Assembly: GCA_051294905.1 (NCBI GenBank) | Contig: CM119371.1 | Span: 33,172,001 to 33,236,000, forward strand | Direction: 5' to 3' | From: Botryllus schlosseri | Taxonomy: Eukaryota | Length of the DNA: 64,000 nucleotides | Part shown: in pieces, positions 1 through 15,000 of the stretch | Numbering within the stretch: the stretch's first letter is position 1 | Layout: each line of letters opens with the position of its first letter | Notes under the pieces: model-generated | The model's database searches: none | Told to the model about the DNA's origin: nothing | Seen by the model: only the letters and a program-made list of their open reading frames with translations | Position numbers and translations under genes: made by a program

Positions 1-91
1 TGGGTGCAGACGCACGAGCCAGCACGGAGGACAGAAGGATTATGAATGATAGAAATCGCTCAAAAATACATTACATCACTCCAAACATGTA
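1..91 (+). CDS. PSMB7: PSMB7-like exon (partial): [29 protein letters not shown](Y)
   Basis: Resembles beta-2 [28 protein letters not shown], with the Asp17 and Lys33 equivalents kept; donor gtgagt at 92. Confidence 0.88.
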
Positions 92-3000
92 GTGAGTATA
101 GACCAGCCTACTCAATCTTGAGCACCGATTATAGTGAAATTCACCTTATATTAGGCTTACCATATTTTGGAAATCCAAAAAGAGGACACTTTTTCAGAAA
201 TTTGAGACTTGCAAATCCGGAGAAGAATTCTGAAAAATCGGTGAATTTTTCCCACTTTGTGATCGGTTGACTATAAAGAAAGGTCAACATACCGCTCAGA
301 GCTCAAAATATCGTTTTTCTCTCCACATTGCTAGGTGGTTGACTAAAAAAAAAGGTCAACTTTCGCCCAGCCGGAGCGTATGGTAACCCTACCTTATATC
401 GAATCACCACTGTTCCAAGTTATTTTATTGGTCGCAATATAGAGCGGGTCATTAGTCAATCGAAACGAAATTCAACGCGCTTTACACAGTTAAAAGCGAA
501 ACGAAAAAACAGGAAAATGAGTTATCTGACCTAAAGCTAGGGACACATGTTCGCGTGAAAGTGATCGCCTACCTTTTTGAAACGCTCTCAGGGGGCAACT
601 TCCCCTCTCGACGGGCCGGATATAAGAAAATTAAGTACTTGGCAAGCCGGATTTCTGAATCGTTGCACTAATCTCATATTCATCCACCTGTACAAGTGAT
701 ATATCGTAGTTAACGTACGTTTTAGGTTTAGAGCAGTGCTTCTCAACCCTTTTTTACTTCACGGCACCCTTTGAAAATGAAAATTAGGTCACGGCATACC
801 AAGGCTATGGAGCTGGTAAAAATGTTAAACTGCCCCCGCTCCGTCATAATTACTCTTACCGACTGTCGAAAACGTCATAGTCGCATGAGAATTCACTCCA
901 CGTCATTGCTGCGTACCGCATCAAAACACGCTCGTTACTAGTCGGTCCGGTGTCGATCAAGTTTACTGGAAATATAAAGTTTCCTTCAGCAGAACCAAAT
1001 AAATGCAGAACTAGTACCACTAAGAATCTGGTGTGCCGTGCACCGTATTAGTAACTAATTGAACTATACACATTACGTGACAATTGAGGAATACGACTGA
1101 TTGAAGGAGGCAGGAATAAATGCACAGAACAGATAATTACATACGGGAGAGCACGCATTCAATCACTAATTCCTCTCTATTATATCCAACACCATGGGGT
1201 TCGGGCATCGAATTGACTAGCTCGCACCGCGAAAATTGTTGACGGACTATAACGGCGTTCTGGAATGCGTTTCTCTATTTACGTTCGCAGATCATTACAG
1301 CAATACACGATCATGCGCAGGCTTGAATGACAATTCGTAGGCACACACAAAAACACACTGTTGAATTTCGCCGCATGATTAAAAAGCTATCACCAAAGAA
1401 CGGGCAGTTGGTCGTCTGCGGTTACACCTCAAGATCGACATGTACAAGTGCAGTCACGTTTAGGCTATCCTTTGTCGTCCCTTCATTTAATTCAGTGTTT
1501 CTCAACCTTTTTCTCATCGTGTGCAACTTGTTTTGACCACTTTGGTACGTATGCCACAGTTTGAGAAGCACTGGCTGATTACGCATTAGTTAATTCGCTT
1601 AGCTCACATAGGCGCCAGTCCCATTTTGTGAAATACATAGTTATCCATAGTTTTTGAAGCCCTCTCTTGGCCATCTGTGTTGTTCTGATGACGAAATTGC
1701 GGGTATGACGAATAACCACGTACCATAATATATAGTAATGCACAGCATATCTCTCATACCCAGGCTTACCGCTTTATATATGAACTTCAACAATTTGAAC
1801 ATGCATAGTTTAAAATAGGTGGCGCCAATGAGCCAACAATTCTTAATTTTTTGAACGTTTACCGTAATATTTTTTTTAATTAATCCAAAATTATTAGCAT
1901 AGCATCTCGGAGCCAGAGCCGGAGTTTGAGTCGGTTGTTTGAAAAGCAGCTCCAGCTCGGAGATGTTATGCTAATAATTCTGGCTGCCTCACTTGCCTCC
2001 ATGGCTGCGGAGTCGTTAAATTTTACCATCGACTTCAAATCCGACTCCGACTTCAGACATTTTCATTTTACCGACTCCGACTCGGAATCCTGAGTCTTTA
2101 AACGTACCGACTTACCGCAGTATTACCAATTTACAAAAATTATATGCCACGGTGACGTTCAAACGGCTATCATATAATCATTAAACCTATGCAAACATAT
2201 GATTAACGATGGCATGCAAAATTGTTTCATTGTGGCACAGCGCCAATTTTTCATCATGCAATTAACATGAAAGAATGCCTTTCTAAATATCCTTCATCGG
2301 GGCCTACGATATGTAGGCTCCGTCTTCATTTTCATATTTTATAAGTGATTGTAACTTGGACTCTATAATATCCTAATATCATTCAAATATATCATATCAT
2401 ATCGTTCAAGCATGACATATATCCAATCCTGTACAATTACAATGTAGATAAAACTATCGAAGTGTAGCTCTTGTGCATGAATCAGCAACTAATACAGAGA
2501 TGTAAGATACCAATGTTTTCATTACACACTATACTGATTACAAGCAGACACACACTCTCACTACTAAAAAACATTGGTAAGAAACAAAATGTAGAAAGTA
2601 GTGAAATAACATATGTCTAGTCTACATACACTTACTCAAGAATTCAAGGAATAGGACATGCAGTCTTTCTTAATCATTTGTTCGACCCAAGAAGCTGAGC
2701 TATTTTTGATTTTGTCAAGTGGGAAGCAGCGTTTAGTTATATTTCCATCAATTTTACAATTTTTTAAAACCAAACGGTGTCCTTACCCTGTCACAGTATC
2801 ATGGTATTATTACAAAAACTGCATCAATTTGTGACTGCATCGCGAAGATGCATATTGCGATTTTCTTCCTTTAATGGTCTAATTTGAAATTAGGACTTTA
2901 CTCTGAGTAACAACTATGAATTAAAGGTATATCGCGCTAAGCGAGAACAAGATTTTCAGTTGACCCTCCGTTCAGTTGCTTTCACGCCCTTAAGGGAGCA

Positions 3001-6000
3001 CGCCCCAGGTTTAGAACAACTTATTGTAGCACCGACGACGATCTAGAAGGTTCCAGTCACCAGGGCAGTGGAGTAGGCGTCGTGACAAAATACTTGCAGG
3101 AGTCGGGGTCGGAGTTTATGAAAATGCTCCTGACTCCTGACTCCGACTCCAACTTCTTTCATGTAATGAATTCAAGTGCTTTCACAGGTCTCTTAAAATT
3201 GCTCATAATGAATAAAATGGATAGGTAGTTACAAACAATCACTAATATCAGTAACGATATTGATGAACAGTAGACATTTTTTGTAAATTGCAATTCAGTT
3301 CAGTTGCATAGAGTAAGAACATTTCAAGATGCATCTTCGTGACTAACGCAAATTTCCGATTCAATCAGAAATTGTTGCAATTTTTAATATTTTCCCATGA
3401 TACTGTGAAAGAGTAAATTAATCGTTTGGTGTTGTAAGTGACAACATCACTTGTAAAATTGATGCAAATACAACTAAACGCTGCTTCCCACTTGACAAAA
3501 TCAAAAATATTTCTAACTCAGCTGCTTGCTGGGTCGAACAAATCTTTAATAAAAAGTGCAAGCATTGTCCTAGTCCATCAATACGTGGCTAAGTGATTTT
3601 TGACATACTTGACCACTTCCTAAACTTCGTTTCTGATCAACGTTTATTAGTAGTGAGAAAGTGTGTGTTCGTCATCAACATAGTGTGTAGCGAGAAAATT
3701 TGTACAGCTCTCTGTATTATTTGCTGACTTATGCACAAGGGCTACACTGTTATTGTTTTTATCCGCATTTTAATTATACAGGGATGGGATATATATCATG
3801 TTTGAATGATTCATACATATTAGAGAATATCCGAGGCTTGTGTTTTGTTATGAAAACTAATTAGATATGAAAAAAGTGAGGATATTTCGAAATAAATACT
3901 TCCATGTTTATTACAGTGACTATTTCGAGCTATGCCACAATGACACAGTTGTACGTGCCATCGTGAATAATATGTTTGCATAGGTTCAATGGTTATATGA
4001 AAGTAATTTTAAAGCATCGCTGTGACATATAGTTTTCATAGTGAATTTACCGCATTGTTAGGGTAAACTAGTTGGAGTCGACCCCGGAGTGGGTGAATTT
4101 AAAGACTCGGGAGTCGGATGTCGAAATTTGAGTCGGTGTATTGACAATGTCTGGAGTCGGAGTCGGAGTTGGAGTCGGCGATATAATTCAGCCACCCCAC
4201 AACCCTGGCAGTCACTCTATATCGTAAACGTCAACTAGGCTATATTGGCCGCAAACCGTCCGCAGGTTCAATATACATGTTTTTCGAAAGTATATACACA
4301 ATTATGGTATAATTATATATAGTGTTGAAAAATACATTATTTAACAGGCATTTGTTTAAAACATGTTTGAAGCATATTATTTTAAAACATCGTTAGATTT
4401 AAATGCAACTCTACCTATTCGCCTCCTATATTTTTTACATCAGACAACGATATATTCTTGCTATCAATTTCGTTGATTGCAATAATTGATTAGTTGAGTA
4501 AGCACAATTCGCTGACTACCTGGGTGTAGAGTTGTTGTTGTTGTGCGTGTGGTATTTATGGTGTTTTTTTAAACTATAGTCTTCACATACACCAGTCCGA
4601 TATTGTTTATTATGATTTTGTATCTGCCGACCTTAGCAGAAGAAAAAATCCAACCAAATATGTTATAATCAAGTGAAAAATTACAATATATAAAAAGGTT
4701 CACAGTGCAGAACCTACCAAGTTTATTTTGCGCTCGTGTACCTCCGAATGTACGAGATTCGCACGCACAACGCGAGCTTGTACCTCGCGTTCACATCATC
4801 CCTACTAACAGCGCCTTTGTGAGGCGTAAGCAATGGTTTCTCACATTTGTGTACTTTTGGACCCCTTTTGGTCCATCAAGGCCCTTCGTTTGAGTTCAAA
4901 TTTAGAGTTGAAATGTAGCTCAATTATCCTGGTTGCGGGACAGAATGTCTGGGAGCGAGATCGCCTCGTACAAGTCGTATTTACTAGGTATACCTGTTAT
5001 TAGGACCTGTCAATCCAAACGGCTGTGAAAACAATGTCATTCTTGTTGATCTTATTCATACGGCATAAAAACTTGATTCGCTTCTATTTCGAATCAGTGA
5101 TTCGTTTACACATCCCTGAGGAGAGAGAATAATTTGGAATTAGTTGCATCGGGGTTAGCAAGGTTACTGACAGTTTCACTTGCAAATTTGTTTCGCTACT
5201 TGCAAAATAATTTTCGTTTCAATTTGAAGCTGTATTAGCGCGATCAGCGTTCGTTATTCAGTCATGAGATGTCTACCATGTCACTGAACCACTGCCGACG
5301 TTCATGCACCGTGCAAATATTCTAATTAGCGATATCTGTAAGGCTTTATCAATGAGAACTCTCAAGTAACCGCTTTCATATTTCACAGTTGTTCGGTCGG
5401 TTCGGCAGGAGAAACCAAGATGACAACAAATGTAATCGCGTCGAATCTTTTTCTTTCGGATCCTTCTCTTCGTCGAATGAACAGTGGGAATGAGAAATCA
5501 CCGGTATCGACTGCCGACGAAATGTTGAAAGAGTACTTGAGTCACTATCAAGGAATAATCAACGAACGCCCCAGTACCTTCGAAGTAGGACATATTGTAC
5601 CGTGAGAATCACACATTCTTAGCGAACCGTCGACTTTCATTTTTGATAGGGACACGTCAAGGCCACCATGGTCCTTGGGGGAGTTGAGAATTCCGAACCT
5701 TATCTAACAAGCATCACTACTCCCGCATCTACAGAAAAGCTCGCGTATTTTATCATAGGTATATATTTTTACAGTACTTTCCGTTGATCTCATTTTACTA
5801 TCAACCGGTCATATAAACTTCCTTGGCCTTAAATGATCTCATAAATGCCCATTTTGTGTCATCGGTTTCTCTCATGTGTCGAAATCTATAGTGGAGTTAC
5901 ATTCCATGCTCTCAAGTAATCCATTTATGGCAGTAGCGATGGTTCTGGCAAAGTGACCCCTAATTTCTTTTCAGGATCGGGATCGTTGGCTGGGATAGCA

Positions 6001-9000
6001 ACGTTGAAAGCTGGTTACAGGTCAGATATGAAGGTAAGATAAATAGTTATTTGTAGACACCTATTGGATAACTAAGCAATATAATTTACGGTGCAAGGAG
6101 AGAAACAATGTTCTCGTGGCGGGTGGTAAGTGGTCAGGTATAGTTACTGAAAGAGATGGTCAATGTAATTAATGTTAGTCAAGTAGGAGAGAAATAAATT
6201 TATACTCAACTAGAAGTGAAAATTCCCAGGCACCCTAAAAGTACTCAAGTATTTTCAAAGAGTAGATTTGGCCAAGAGGTTGTACACTTTTAGTAACTAA
6301 TCGACGGGCGTTCCTTCCAAAATTGCAAGATTTCTAACGACCAACGCATTATAACTATTGAAACTACAAGTTATGTCAATCTTCCAAAACATATTCAGTT
6401 ATCGTGAGACAAGGGGTTGTTGAGACGCTTTAACAGTAGGGTTACCATATTTTGGAATCGGGAAAGCAGGACACTCTGTCAAAATTTTCAAACTTAGAAT
6501 ACCGGTGGAGAATCCTGAAAATTTACTCAAGTTTTCTCACTTCGCAGTCGGTTGACTAAAAAAAAGGTCAACTTTCGCTCAGCTCCCAAAATACCTGCCA
6601 GTCCCGCCTGAGCGTCAGTTCAGTGTGCTATTTTATGGTATCTCGGTCAAATTTTGCCCTTAGTTCAACCAAAAATTCTAAAAAAAGAGGACAAAATATC
6701 AAAGGGGAGGACATTTAGGCGTCCTCGGAGGACATTTTCAGAAAACCGAAAAAGGAGGACAAATCATCCTAAAGGAGGACGTATGGTAACCCAATTTAAC
6801 TGAATTTGTGTCGATAGTAGTGTTTTGAAATACTCTGATGGAGCACAATCCTGTCAACTCATCTGAATCTGCGAATTCGACGATGTGGATCGCATCAATC
6901 TTTGGCCATTTATTGTGTCGATTGATATTCTTACCAAGTTCTGATTTCAGAAAGAGAAGGCCATGGTTCTCGTGCGAGACGCCCTCGCCGGCGGTATATT
7001 CAATGATCTTGGCTCAGAATCGAATGTAGATCTTTGCATTATTCCGAAAGACAACAAATTGGAATATCTACTACCCTATCACTGCAGGTGCTTCAGTCTA
7101 TGCTTTGGTATTCCAATTCGGTGTGTTTCGTTGGCATGGGTTATACGCGGATGTGTTATTACCGAATGTGACGAAATTGTGACGAATGTGACGAGTTCAA
7201 CCTCAATGTGGCCTGAAGTGTAGCAATAATAATGGGTTGCATATAACTAGCTGCTTGAATGGCATGAATTTTCTCTTCAAGTTCAGTATGACCACCGACA
7301 CCGTCAGTAATGTTATGTTGGCGGAAAAAAATGACCTATATACACACCAAAAAATATAATGGAAATTAATTTAATACAAGCATGAGTTGTTTGTATATAA
7401 TTTTGTATTGACTTCGTCCAAGTAAATCCATTACGTAATATAATTGTTTACTATATTCCACCCAGAGACGAAATATGGTAATTGAAACGATCCGCTGCTG
7501 CAAGACGAATAGATTGAGGATTCGAGTCCGACCGAGGTCGGCTTCCAATTTTCCGTCCAAGTGTGAGAGATTAATCCAGGCTCCTCCTAGTAATCTGATC
7601 CCCGCAAGCAGTGTCTTTAACGACCTATAGTGGGCCGTGCTTCAAGTGGGCGGTTATGGAATCGTAGAAGAGGATATATGTCTGGTGTAAATGACCGTTG
7701 TAGTCGAAAAGCACGGCGAATACCACAAACAACAAAATCAAGGCCCTTGTTTAAAACATGATATATATTGTTTTGTTTTCGTTTGTTTTTTAGCCATGAA
7801 GTCACGAATCTTGCATTGTGACGTCACAATGGATTGACATTGACGATTGAGAACATAGGGTAAAAATGGCTATTCTAACGAAAAGGGCTTGCGACCACCG
7901 TATTAAACGGATAAAAAATATATTAAAACAGGACTACGTCGTTATGCATAATTTTTACGATCGGCGGTCATCATCATCAGAATACCCAATTCCGTACCAA
8001 TGATCTATATTTACTTGCTGAAACTGTTCACCCGACGACGATTTCGAGGGCTCCAACCATTCCAAATCGTATACGTCGACTAATATATAGGAAGCAAATC
8101 ATCTGTAGGCTCATACTACAAGTTTTTTAAGCATTTGCAGAGTTATGGCATAATTATATATTGTTTGAAAAAAATGATTTTGGGAAGTCATTTTATTAAA
8201 ACAAAGGTTTAAACAAACAGTTTTAAAACACCATTTTCTTAAAATGTAACCCTATGTATAGTACGTAGGGCTATGGGGTTTCAACACGCGGCCCGCGGGC
8301 CGCATGCATATATCGCTCTACACTCGTCACGGTCATTATCGGAAATAGTTGCGCGTATGAATGTTACGCAGCGTATACGCAGTTTTTAAAGATAACTATC
8401 ATCAGTAATTTGCTAGGGTTTGGTGAATAACGAGATTTCACTTAACTTTATGCGCTGCGATGCACTGGTTTCTCTAATCCTTGATTGTCAAATCCCAAGG
8501 AACACGATAATCGCCTTTATCGACAACACTGGGCAACAATTTTGTACGAAAAGTTTTTGACTTTGATTTTGCACTTAATTTAGGCTAATTTTGGGGTGCT
8601 GATTCCAAAAATTCCACTGGTTTTCTTTTATCGCGTCAAGTCTTTGCTCTACGACATATGCTCAAAATATGCGTATTTTCACGAATTTAGCCATATTACT
8701 TTTCCATACCATATCAAAATCCGCACTTGTAGTTATATCGCCAAGGGCTCAATTGAATTATTAGGAGAAAGGGCACAGGTATCGATTTAGGCCGATACTT
8801 TCACCAATTTTTGGTTAGAGGATGCAACCATCCCAGGATATGTCACACACATATTTAATGCAAACTGCAGGATATGGCAAGAAAAATGAACAATACATTT
8901 ACTATCAGCTATATAACCAATGCCCCATTCAGATTATCCAGTGTAACTTGAAACTGCTATATACTCAATAATTTGAATAAAGATGAAGATTTAGTGATAG

Positions 9001-12000
9001 CAGACCTAATGATGAATATTTTGGAAATCGAAGATGATTCGGAGCGTCGAGTAGTCCATCAACACAATTTATTGATCTGACGTAAGCTACGGGACTTGCA
9101 ATATAATTTTTTGGAACTTTTAACATCCTTACGTAGTGAGAAAATATTCATTGGCAAGGTGGAGAAGGTGACTCACTTTCGATCAGGAGAATCAGCCTTT
9201 TTTTCATCGGCCTACTTTCGGTAGCTTTTTGTATTGCCCTGATGCTGGAATTTGCATGATACTGTCACCATGGATTACTGGCGGAGTCAGGAATCCCGAT
9301 TTACTACTGAAGTGAATGGCAAATGCCTATGGGTAATTAAAAAAATATCCTCATGTGGCAACGTCTTAGGTGCAGTAACAAGTGCACAATCTGTTAGTCT
9401 TCGTGAATAATACAGAAACATTGAGACTAATATAGAAACATTGAATCTTTGCGATATAATGAGCACTATTGGATCATCTGTGTCAGCTTGGAAATATTGT
9501 GTTTTTTGTGGTCAGACCATAAGGATGCACAGCACATGCAACCCTGATACACATGTGCCACTGCGATATGTTTATGTCGGACAGCAGACATTCAAGAAAA
9601 CTAAAATATCCTAATAATTTCCCCGAAAACCCTGACATAGTAAGAGATGGGCAAGGATAAAATGTCCCCAACATCTGAAGATGATGGGGATAAGATACCA
9701 GAGTAGATTGGAGCTTAAATATGTTAGCTGACTATTGCCTGAGTATCAAACTAGACAACCTACGGAATTATTCGTCATTAGCGTAAATTTGGACCCTGAA
9801 ACTCGCACTTTATTTGTCCAGTAGAAGCAATATCAGTTTAAATAAACCAAATGAAGCAGTGCAAATGTATATTTGAAGTCAATTGCTTTACATTCGACTG
9901 CTTGTAGTTTTAGAAACGTTTTCCGCAATAATCACATAATATTAAGAGTAGTGCTAATATGTGGGTTGTGAGATAATGTGAGGTGCCTAACCCAAAATCT
10001 TGACGTGATAGAGAAAAACGGACGTCCTTTTTGAATTTGGCGCCAAAAAGTTAGTCAAAATCAATTGTCTGATCAAAGTCAACAACAGGTGTGTTGACCA
10101 GAGAATTCAACTTTATAAGCTCAGAAAATTTTCGAATAATCCGGAAAACTGAATAAAGAATCATTATTAGAAATTCCCACGAAATGCCGTCATGAAACGT
10201 GAAATCTTGCATTTGCGGACTCATCGGGAGTTCAGAACCTAAAAACATCACCGATTTCTTCGCCACGATGAATTTGACATTTCATCATATACAGTGTCCG
10301 TGTGAAGTATAAGAAAATCATGAAACGCCTCAAGAATGATCTCGAAGAATCATTGAAAGATGAAGTCAAGGTGATGCGCCGAAGTTTTTATAACATATAT
10401 ATTCTTTAGGCAACCTCTATAATATATTTATCCAAGGAGGATGGAACTTTGAAAGCTGTTATCCCCTTTCGAAGAACAACACCAGTGACTATCAGGTACA
10501 TCTTCAATCCTTTAAAGTACGCTTGGTCACAACACAAGGAGTACATCGAGAAGATGCCTTTGAAAGTAAATGTTCTATTTGTCGGAATGAATCCTGCGCC
10601 GGAGGCCCCTTCTGGTGTAAGTATAAATCATTATAGTAGTATGGACAGAAAAAGTGATGGATGGTCGTGATTGCGCATCTTGTGGAATCATTTGAACTAT
10701 CTGGTCGTAATGGCAGTACTTCAAGGAATGGGCATTGAGAGAATATAATGATGTATCTCGCCAAAAACCAAGCATATAATTTTATTCCAACATAATCAGG
10801 ATGATTTGAGACAACATCCTGATTGAAAAAGTAACTGATACAGCTTCAAATTGTTTACACAGATAGTTACCTGGGCATTTCGAGGTTGCTTTATTGGGTA
10901 GAGTGATGATACCACCGGTCGCTTTTGTGGTGAAGACGTCAAGTTCCAGTCCATATCATGATGGAAAGGATCCAATCACAACTCAAGTCTCGATGCTCCG
11001 CTCGAGACATGGTCATTGCTTCCATTAGAGTATATTTCAAATCTTTCCAGATACCTTTTGGTGACTTGACGAAGACTGAGAACATTATCGAATTGAATGC
11101 ATCCAGGACAAAATGCGAGGATGCGGGGTAAGTTAACATATACCATTCTTGCTATAACAGATACATCTTTTTCGTGCTATTAATAAATTCGAGAGGCATA
11201 CCGATTTACTATTATTAATGTACTATTCAATTGTATGTTGAAGTCCTGTCTACAAGAATGTACGTCATGTATGTTTACCATACCCTTTGCTGAAATTTAT
11301 TAGCTCAACCGAGCGAAGAATTGGTCTTTCGACCCATTGCTACTTACTGTAAGGCAGAGATGAGCATGGATTAGAATTAGGATTTGGAATAACCGGATGT
11401 GCGAGATTTTGTCGGATTAGGCTGGGTTTACCGATTTCCGGGGAGATTGATGTCCTGTGGCGAATGGCGACAAAGTTTTTCACCCTACCAAAGTACTTTT
11501 CCACTCATTATGCGTTTTATTTCTTTTCAAAGAATTATAGGCATAAGATGTAGAGGTCGACCGATATTGATGTTTGCAGGCCGATATTCGGTATCACAGG
11601 CCGATATTAATATGGAGGGAGCAGAGAACCATATTTCCAAAAATAATATATATTGGGTCAGATGACGCTTGTACATGCCATACAAAACTGAACAACAAAC
11701 GAGAAAACTGAAAGTAAAAATAATTATTGCCTAATTGTGCACATTCATTGAAATTTGGGATAACCCATAAAGCAAAACTTGATACATAATTGCAGATCAG
11801 TCGAGTGTAGAGGTGATTGTAATGCAGGAAACATAGTTTTTCTGCATGTTCACCCAGTTAAGCTCGTCCTGCAAGGGTAAATCTGTCATATATCACCCTT
11901 TGCGTCGTCGATTTCTTGAGATTGAGAACACGGAGCATTGAATTTCCAATATTTTTGAATTTTTTATATATATAAATTATAGACTGCAAATCGGCCTTCA

Positions 12001-15000
12001 TAGGCTTCATCGCCTACCCTTTGTCTACCATGTTGTTTATTCCCAGATTATTAGTGACCAATCACTAAATGTTATGTGTACGACAGACTCGTCTGATCAA
12101 TAACATCACCAATATACCATTGACGTATTCAACCAATTTTTCAATATAGTCTGGTATTTCACATAGTGACGAGCCATCAGACAATTGTCATAGTGCTCAA
12201 CGATTCCGGGAATTCATCAAATATCACTTCAAGGATATCAAGAAGTTCCAAAATCACTGCTTCGTAATGAACGTCAGCCCGTTGTTCTTCGCTGGAACAG
12301 GTACGTGTGTCTAATATGTTTCGAGATAATTGAAATGCATTATTAGTCATAGTCCGACAATCATCGCTTATTTATTGACGTGTTCTGTTCGTCTCGAAAC
12401 CAGAGGTTCTTAACCTTGTCTCCAGCGCCCCCTGTGAACAATTTGGATTCTGAAGGGGGCGGAAACGCTCAGGAGACGAATTGGGGGGGTGCTTGGCGCA
12501 GAGGCGATATGGGGGGGGGGGCGCTGAAGAAAAATTGCATGGCAGTAGATGGTGTAGTAAGGACATAGGATTATATAGTGGAACAATAGTTCTATATATC
12601 CCTGGGTTCTCATTGCAAACTAACATAGACGAAATCTGTCAAATCATAACATTTTTCGTTGCGCTGATCGCGAATTATCCACCAACCATGTTTCCATAAA
12701 TGCACCATTATAACGATAGCTCGTGTTATTTTCCACAAAATGTTTTGAACCAGGTATTGTATCCTGCAGCGCACTGCGTGTCGAAATCGAAAAGGCATTG
12801 TAGGCTACTGTACTACTTTTGAGAGTGATGCCCTTTATACATTAAAGATTTTTGAAGCTTCCCAGCAAACACCCGATCTCCCACGGACTTACGGGTACGT
12901 CCACAATTGTGCCCAGTCGTCCCACGTCCCACTTTTAGTGACTGAGGACTTGCTCAGTATGTCACAAATTGACGTCCAATTATGTAACTCCAAGAGACCC
13001 CCAGAGGAAGTAACTTTAAGAGTGCTCCTATGCCAGTCACCAATGACCATTCCAGTGGATGTCATAATAGTGTGATGCATGGATGCCACCAACACAGGAG
13101 TTGATTTGGATGTCCTTACTGGGAAATCGTTTCTATGAACTCAAATGTGCATTATTCTGCAGTCAATGCTGAATAAGTTGTGTTGAATACAGTCACGATA
13201 CAAGTGAAATCTAGTGGAGTGAAGCCGTGAATGTTGATATGGTGTGACTTTCTCATCGCGTGGAACTTCACAAGCCCGGCTGTCGATCATTGCGGTCGCA
13301 CAGTGCTAAAGAGGCTCGATATAATGTGCGATACAGAGACACAGTGGCTTATTTTATTGTGACATTACTGGGTCGAAAATGCCCACATCAGGGGCAAATA
13401 CTCGTAATGCATGTGAAATATTCCGATATCAGAACTTGATAATCGTCATGATGGGATTGTGATGACTATTCCAATCACGGAACAACGCAGTAAGCAATCC
13501 TCTCGGCTATTTCGATAATGGAGTCGAACACGCCTGTTGCTTCAGATTCATCCAACCATAAAACCAGAAGCCTGCCTTCTTCTATTTGGCGAGCATCGCG
13601 CATGCGCCGCGCGTGTAATTCAATTTGATTTCCGTATGTAGCAATGGCGGAGGGACGAATTATCACAGTAATGGTTTAGTTCATAATTGGAAACGTTAAC
13701 AGCGTGGACTGTGAGATGTCTCTATCATGAGTACCGGAAGGGCAGGGAGCTTGGTATTTGAGTGCTATATTTAATAAACAGCAATAGTCTCGATCATCAT
13801 GAACTGCTGATGCGATATAATGAATTCGATTATATGATTATAGTGACACGGCTGTAATATCACCTACAGACGGAATTGATCGACCCGCTGCTAATCGGTA
13901 ACTCATGCAAGCCGATAATTCTTGTAGTAGGCTACATTTGATACTATATGATAATGTATTGATCATAGAAGTCTGATTTATTGTGCTCTGTTCCATAATG
14001 TCTCACAAGCAATAACTTGCCATTTCATGTGCATCTTGTGAAAAGTTTTACAAGGATTTCCTAGGACTGCAGGACCCAATCAGCAAACCAGATGCCGCAT
14101 AAAGTAATGTACCGGTATTTTATAACATATCGGTATATACTAAATTTTGAAATGTTATGTATAGGCTTACAGAAATGTGGAATGTTCCTTTATGGAATGT
14201 GAGATTGCTGAATTTGTGGATGCATGAAGATTGTAGCATCACATTAACATCCATTTTCGTATTTTTGTGTCCACAACAGTATATAACCATAACCATCTAT
14301 AATAGCGTTAATAAAATAATTGAGGCTTTCAGTGAACATGTAAGAATTTTTGGCAATATTGGTTTATATTTAGGGTATTTTAGGAACAACATTATAATAG
14401 TTTGTTAGCCCATCTTTAACCTCGCTCTAATCAAAGGATACTCAAACACTAAACCAATTATAAACTCTATAAACTTAACATGTTCATGGCCTGGTGCAGA
14501 CGGGTTGTTGGCAATGTTACCGCAATGTTGGCACGGCCTCCGTGCATACTTTTATTGCTTGATTATAACTTTCGATATTAGTATATATACACGGAAACAT
14601 TGCTTACATTGCAGCAGTATCAAAAAAGTAGGCTATGGATGGGCCCTAAGGAAGGCTGATTGCTCATGGTCATCTTGCCGTCGATAAGAAAACACAACCT
14701 TATTATCAATGGATTCTTACTATATAGGGATGGGACATATCTGTGTTTGTGTATACAAAGTTACTTCATTTCTACCAGGAGACTAGATATTGAACAGGCA
14801 ATGTTATGTAGTTCTAAACTTCAGAGGAAGGCGCCGCAGTGGTGCATTGTTCATGGATCAAGATGTTAAATTATGTAAGTTGAAGTTACGAACTATATAT
14901 GATGGTTTATGATATTTCATTAATTAGCAATTTATTACCCTGAAAAAAGTGCCATCGATGATGCGGAAATATACAATTGACAGTGGTTCGCAATCGAGCT

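Noticed and set aside
7088..7223. Read-through of the last PSMB7-like exon to a stop at 7223 as the true C-terminus
   Set aside because: No resemblance to the beta-2 tail, and a phase-compatible donor exists at 7088. Not fully excluded as an alternative isoform.
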